A stretch of 64,000 nucleotides of DNA from Botryllus schlosseri (Eukaryota), in assembly GCA_051294905.1 (NCBI GenBank), contig CM119371.1, positions 24,120,001 through 24,184,000 of the forward strand. The letters are read 5' to 3'. Position numbers and translations under genes: made by a program. Position 1 is the first letter of the stretch, and each line of letters starts with the position of its first letter. Shown here piece by piece: positions 61,901 through 64,000 of the stretch. The notes below the pieces were generated by a model. That model worked only from the letters and a program-made list of their open reading frames with translations, had not been told where the DNA came from and searched no databases.

Positions 61901-64000
61901 TTGCCTCTGTATGCCGCTAAGCTCATTTGACAAGGATTAATCCACGCTTGGACAAATGAATATCAAAGACTACGGCAAATCTGCGTCTATGGTTTTGTGC
62001 AAAGGTTGACCGCTGATGGTCTTTCTGCGAGTACCAATAAATTCTATATATTTCCTAATTTCGAGAACACCTAGCTAGAACACCTTGCTAGCCGCCCCAA
62101 TAGCAATGGAAGAAATGACTACAACTGGGAGTATGTGCGACGAAGTCATCCCCCTCCAGAAGTGTAAAACATTAATTACTCACTCATAATCTTTTGGATC
62201 GGGATCGGAATCTTCTGCGGTTGTAAGAGGCATAACGCAGAGCTGCAACTTTTTTCCATTATCTTTGCAGTGATATCCATATCAGACAAACCTTGTTTCT
62301 GGCAAATCATTTGCATTTCTTCCAAAATCTAAACATTTAGAAATGTTTACAACCGAGCAATTCAAAAAACTTATATGCGCTGTGGGCCTATCACATGAGC
62401 GTGTAAGGCAGGGGTTGGCAACCTTTTGTATGCAGCGTGCCAAAATTTGAGGTTCCCACATTATTATAAACGAGAAATCTGGTTCCGATAAGCCGCGTGA
62501 GCATTGAAAAAAAAATCAAAATAACTCAAATCTGCTCAAATAGAATAACATATGCTAGTTTTGGAAACATGTTTGGTTCGCTAATTAGATTATACATTTC
62601 AAAAACTTGATCTCGGGTGCCACAAACGCCGACGGATTGATGTCGTGACTCGATCCTGGCACTGCTTCATACCTACCCAATGCGCATCAATCAGAATCGG
62701 ATGAATCTCCAACAGATCCTGTGTTGACATCCCATTCAGGGTGGCCTTGCGACGCGATTGAAATGTTCTTCTCATCCGATCTAATATTGTTATATTGTCA
62801 GGTACTCTTTTGACGCACTCGGTTCTTATTGCTTTTTGGTGCACCTCGATGCTGCGCTCGTCTTCTGGAGGGTATAATTTCTGACTCTGTGAGACAAAAT
62901 AGTTCTTTATTAAAACATGACCGGTTATCGGTGCATCGGTACTACTTCTTGGCAATCTATCTTCTAAACTGCAAGCATGGGCACTGCCAAAAAAGACTTC
63001 GTGCACAGAAAAATGTGTGGTATAGACTTGTGAAAAATTATGGGGAACCTTATTTCTCGGTGTTGTCGGTATCGGATCAAAAACTTCATATCGAGGATAT
63101 CTAAATGAAGGATGAAAGATACTAAATGCTCACATTGCATGTTGAGTCTCGAGAATTCTTGCACCGTTGACTGGATTTTTCCACCACAAGCTCCTGAGAT
63201 TTCCGTTTGCCGTGGCGTCCATGCTTTTGCTTTTTTAAATCTAGGATGAGATCTTCTTTTTCGAGGCGCCTTCGCCATTCCCTGTACTTGGTTTGGAGCT
63301 TGTCCTTCCATGATCCCTGCAATGTGGAATAGTTAGAGAAGGCTTCAGATTAAGTTTCGACAAACTTCTCACATATCTGTCACCACCATCGAATGATAAA
63401 CGATCTTGCAGCACCGGATACGTTGTCACCAAAGCACTCAATGAGCAGTTGTATTCATGATGCGTGGGATATAACCTAGGAACATATACATTGTACACTA
63501 ATTCAACTGCAATATTTGGTAATCTAAGAATTGTTGCGTACCCCGTGTAATTCCGTAGGTCATAAAACAGGTAATTTACGATTTCCTTCTTAATTTTGGT
63601 TGGAATTTCCAATATCTCTTTAAATTGCTGCAGCTCATGCGCCAAGGCTTTTGGTAAAGAAATTTGATACCCGCTTTCTGGCCATTTCAACGACTGGTAC
63701 TTATCTCGAAATCCGCTTGAAGTAGACTCTTGGGAGCACGAGGTTGACAAGGTGCTGTTCATAACACCTTCATCTGAAGACGATACAACAAATAAGGAAA
63801 ATAATATGAATTTGATGAAGAAGTGCTTACCATCACATTCAAAATCTTCAACAGGGGTGTCACGAGTGTCACTGGCATTCGCATCATTGAATGCTTCAAT
63901 ATTCAATGTGTCTTGGTCATTCATGCTTCCAGAAACTATGATGTCGGTGTCATCGGCGTCATCAGCAGAAACGTTAGCTTCGGCAATGGTTTCCTCTGCA
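58927..64000 (-). CDS. SAMD3-like / EnSpm ORF2 protein, spliced, apparently intact, 5' part outside the window. Exons >64000-63831, 63773-63542, 63475-63373, 63316-63134, 62886-62677, 62328-62184, 61674-61595, 59190-58927
   Basis: All introns are GT-AG and phase-compatible, with no stop in the joined frame. Motifs LYPTHHEY..LVTTYPVL, SWKDKLQTKYREWRR, RMRRTFQSRR..HPIL and YWVFNIKF. Confidence 0.8.
59350..61488. mobile_element. hAT MITE (intronic) containing further insertions
   Basis: CAGGGGCGGGCAAC / TTTGCGCCCCTG; TSD TTTTAGTC / TTCTAGTT. Confidence 0.7.
59981..61298. mobile_element. hAT MITE nested in the previous one
   Basis: CAGTGGTTTCCAAC / GTTGGGAACCACTG; TSD GTCTCCGA / GTCTACGA. Confidence 0.88.

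Larger units (their letters stand above)
57524..64000 (-). mobile_element. CACTG (EnSpm/CMC) element, extends beyond the window
   Basis: Terminus CACTGTAAAAAATAAACCTG resembles that at 18181. It is followed by a repeat array and a SAMD3-like gene. Confidence 0.75.

Noticed and set aside
63241..63924. 227-aa single-exon ORF
   Set aside because: It reads through two short in-frame introns (57 and 66 nt) and is better explained by the spliced model.

Overview
Eukaryotic animal genomic DNA, AT-rich and transposon-dense, with short 57-300 nt GT-AG introns. An invertebrate such as an ascidian is my inference, not something proven here. Host-type genes: (1) an intronless, divergent XK-related membrane protein gene (2814-3776) with probable decayed paralog fragments nearby. 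(2) Two intronless paralogs (6958-8079 and 28267-30738, minus strand) that look derived from AF9/ENL. Each has a C-terminal ANC1-homology-like domain, only a stub of the YEATS domain, and internal motifs resembling the AF4/DOT1L peptides that bind that domain. Both copies are disrupted, and they lie in a ~19.5 kb tandem segmental duplication. (3) A multi-exon NACHT-LRR (NLR) gene (40684-55889). Its short N-terminus lacks a death-fold domain and carries a candidate amyloid-signalling motif on its own symmetric exon. The rest is transposable elements: many hAT MITEs with 8-bp TSDs, CACTG/EnSpm-type elements carrying spliced SAMD3-like genes (one apparently intact), a Chapaev3 transposase fossil, a Penelope-like RT-GIY-YIG retroelement with a minimal hammerhead ribozyme, tRNA-derived SINEs, tandem arrays and a 28S rDNA fragment. 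Reference protein and RNA sequences used for comparison are recalled from memory; no searches were run. Gene models were spliced by hand.
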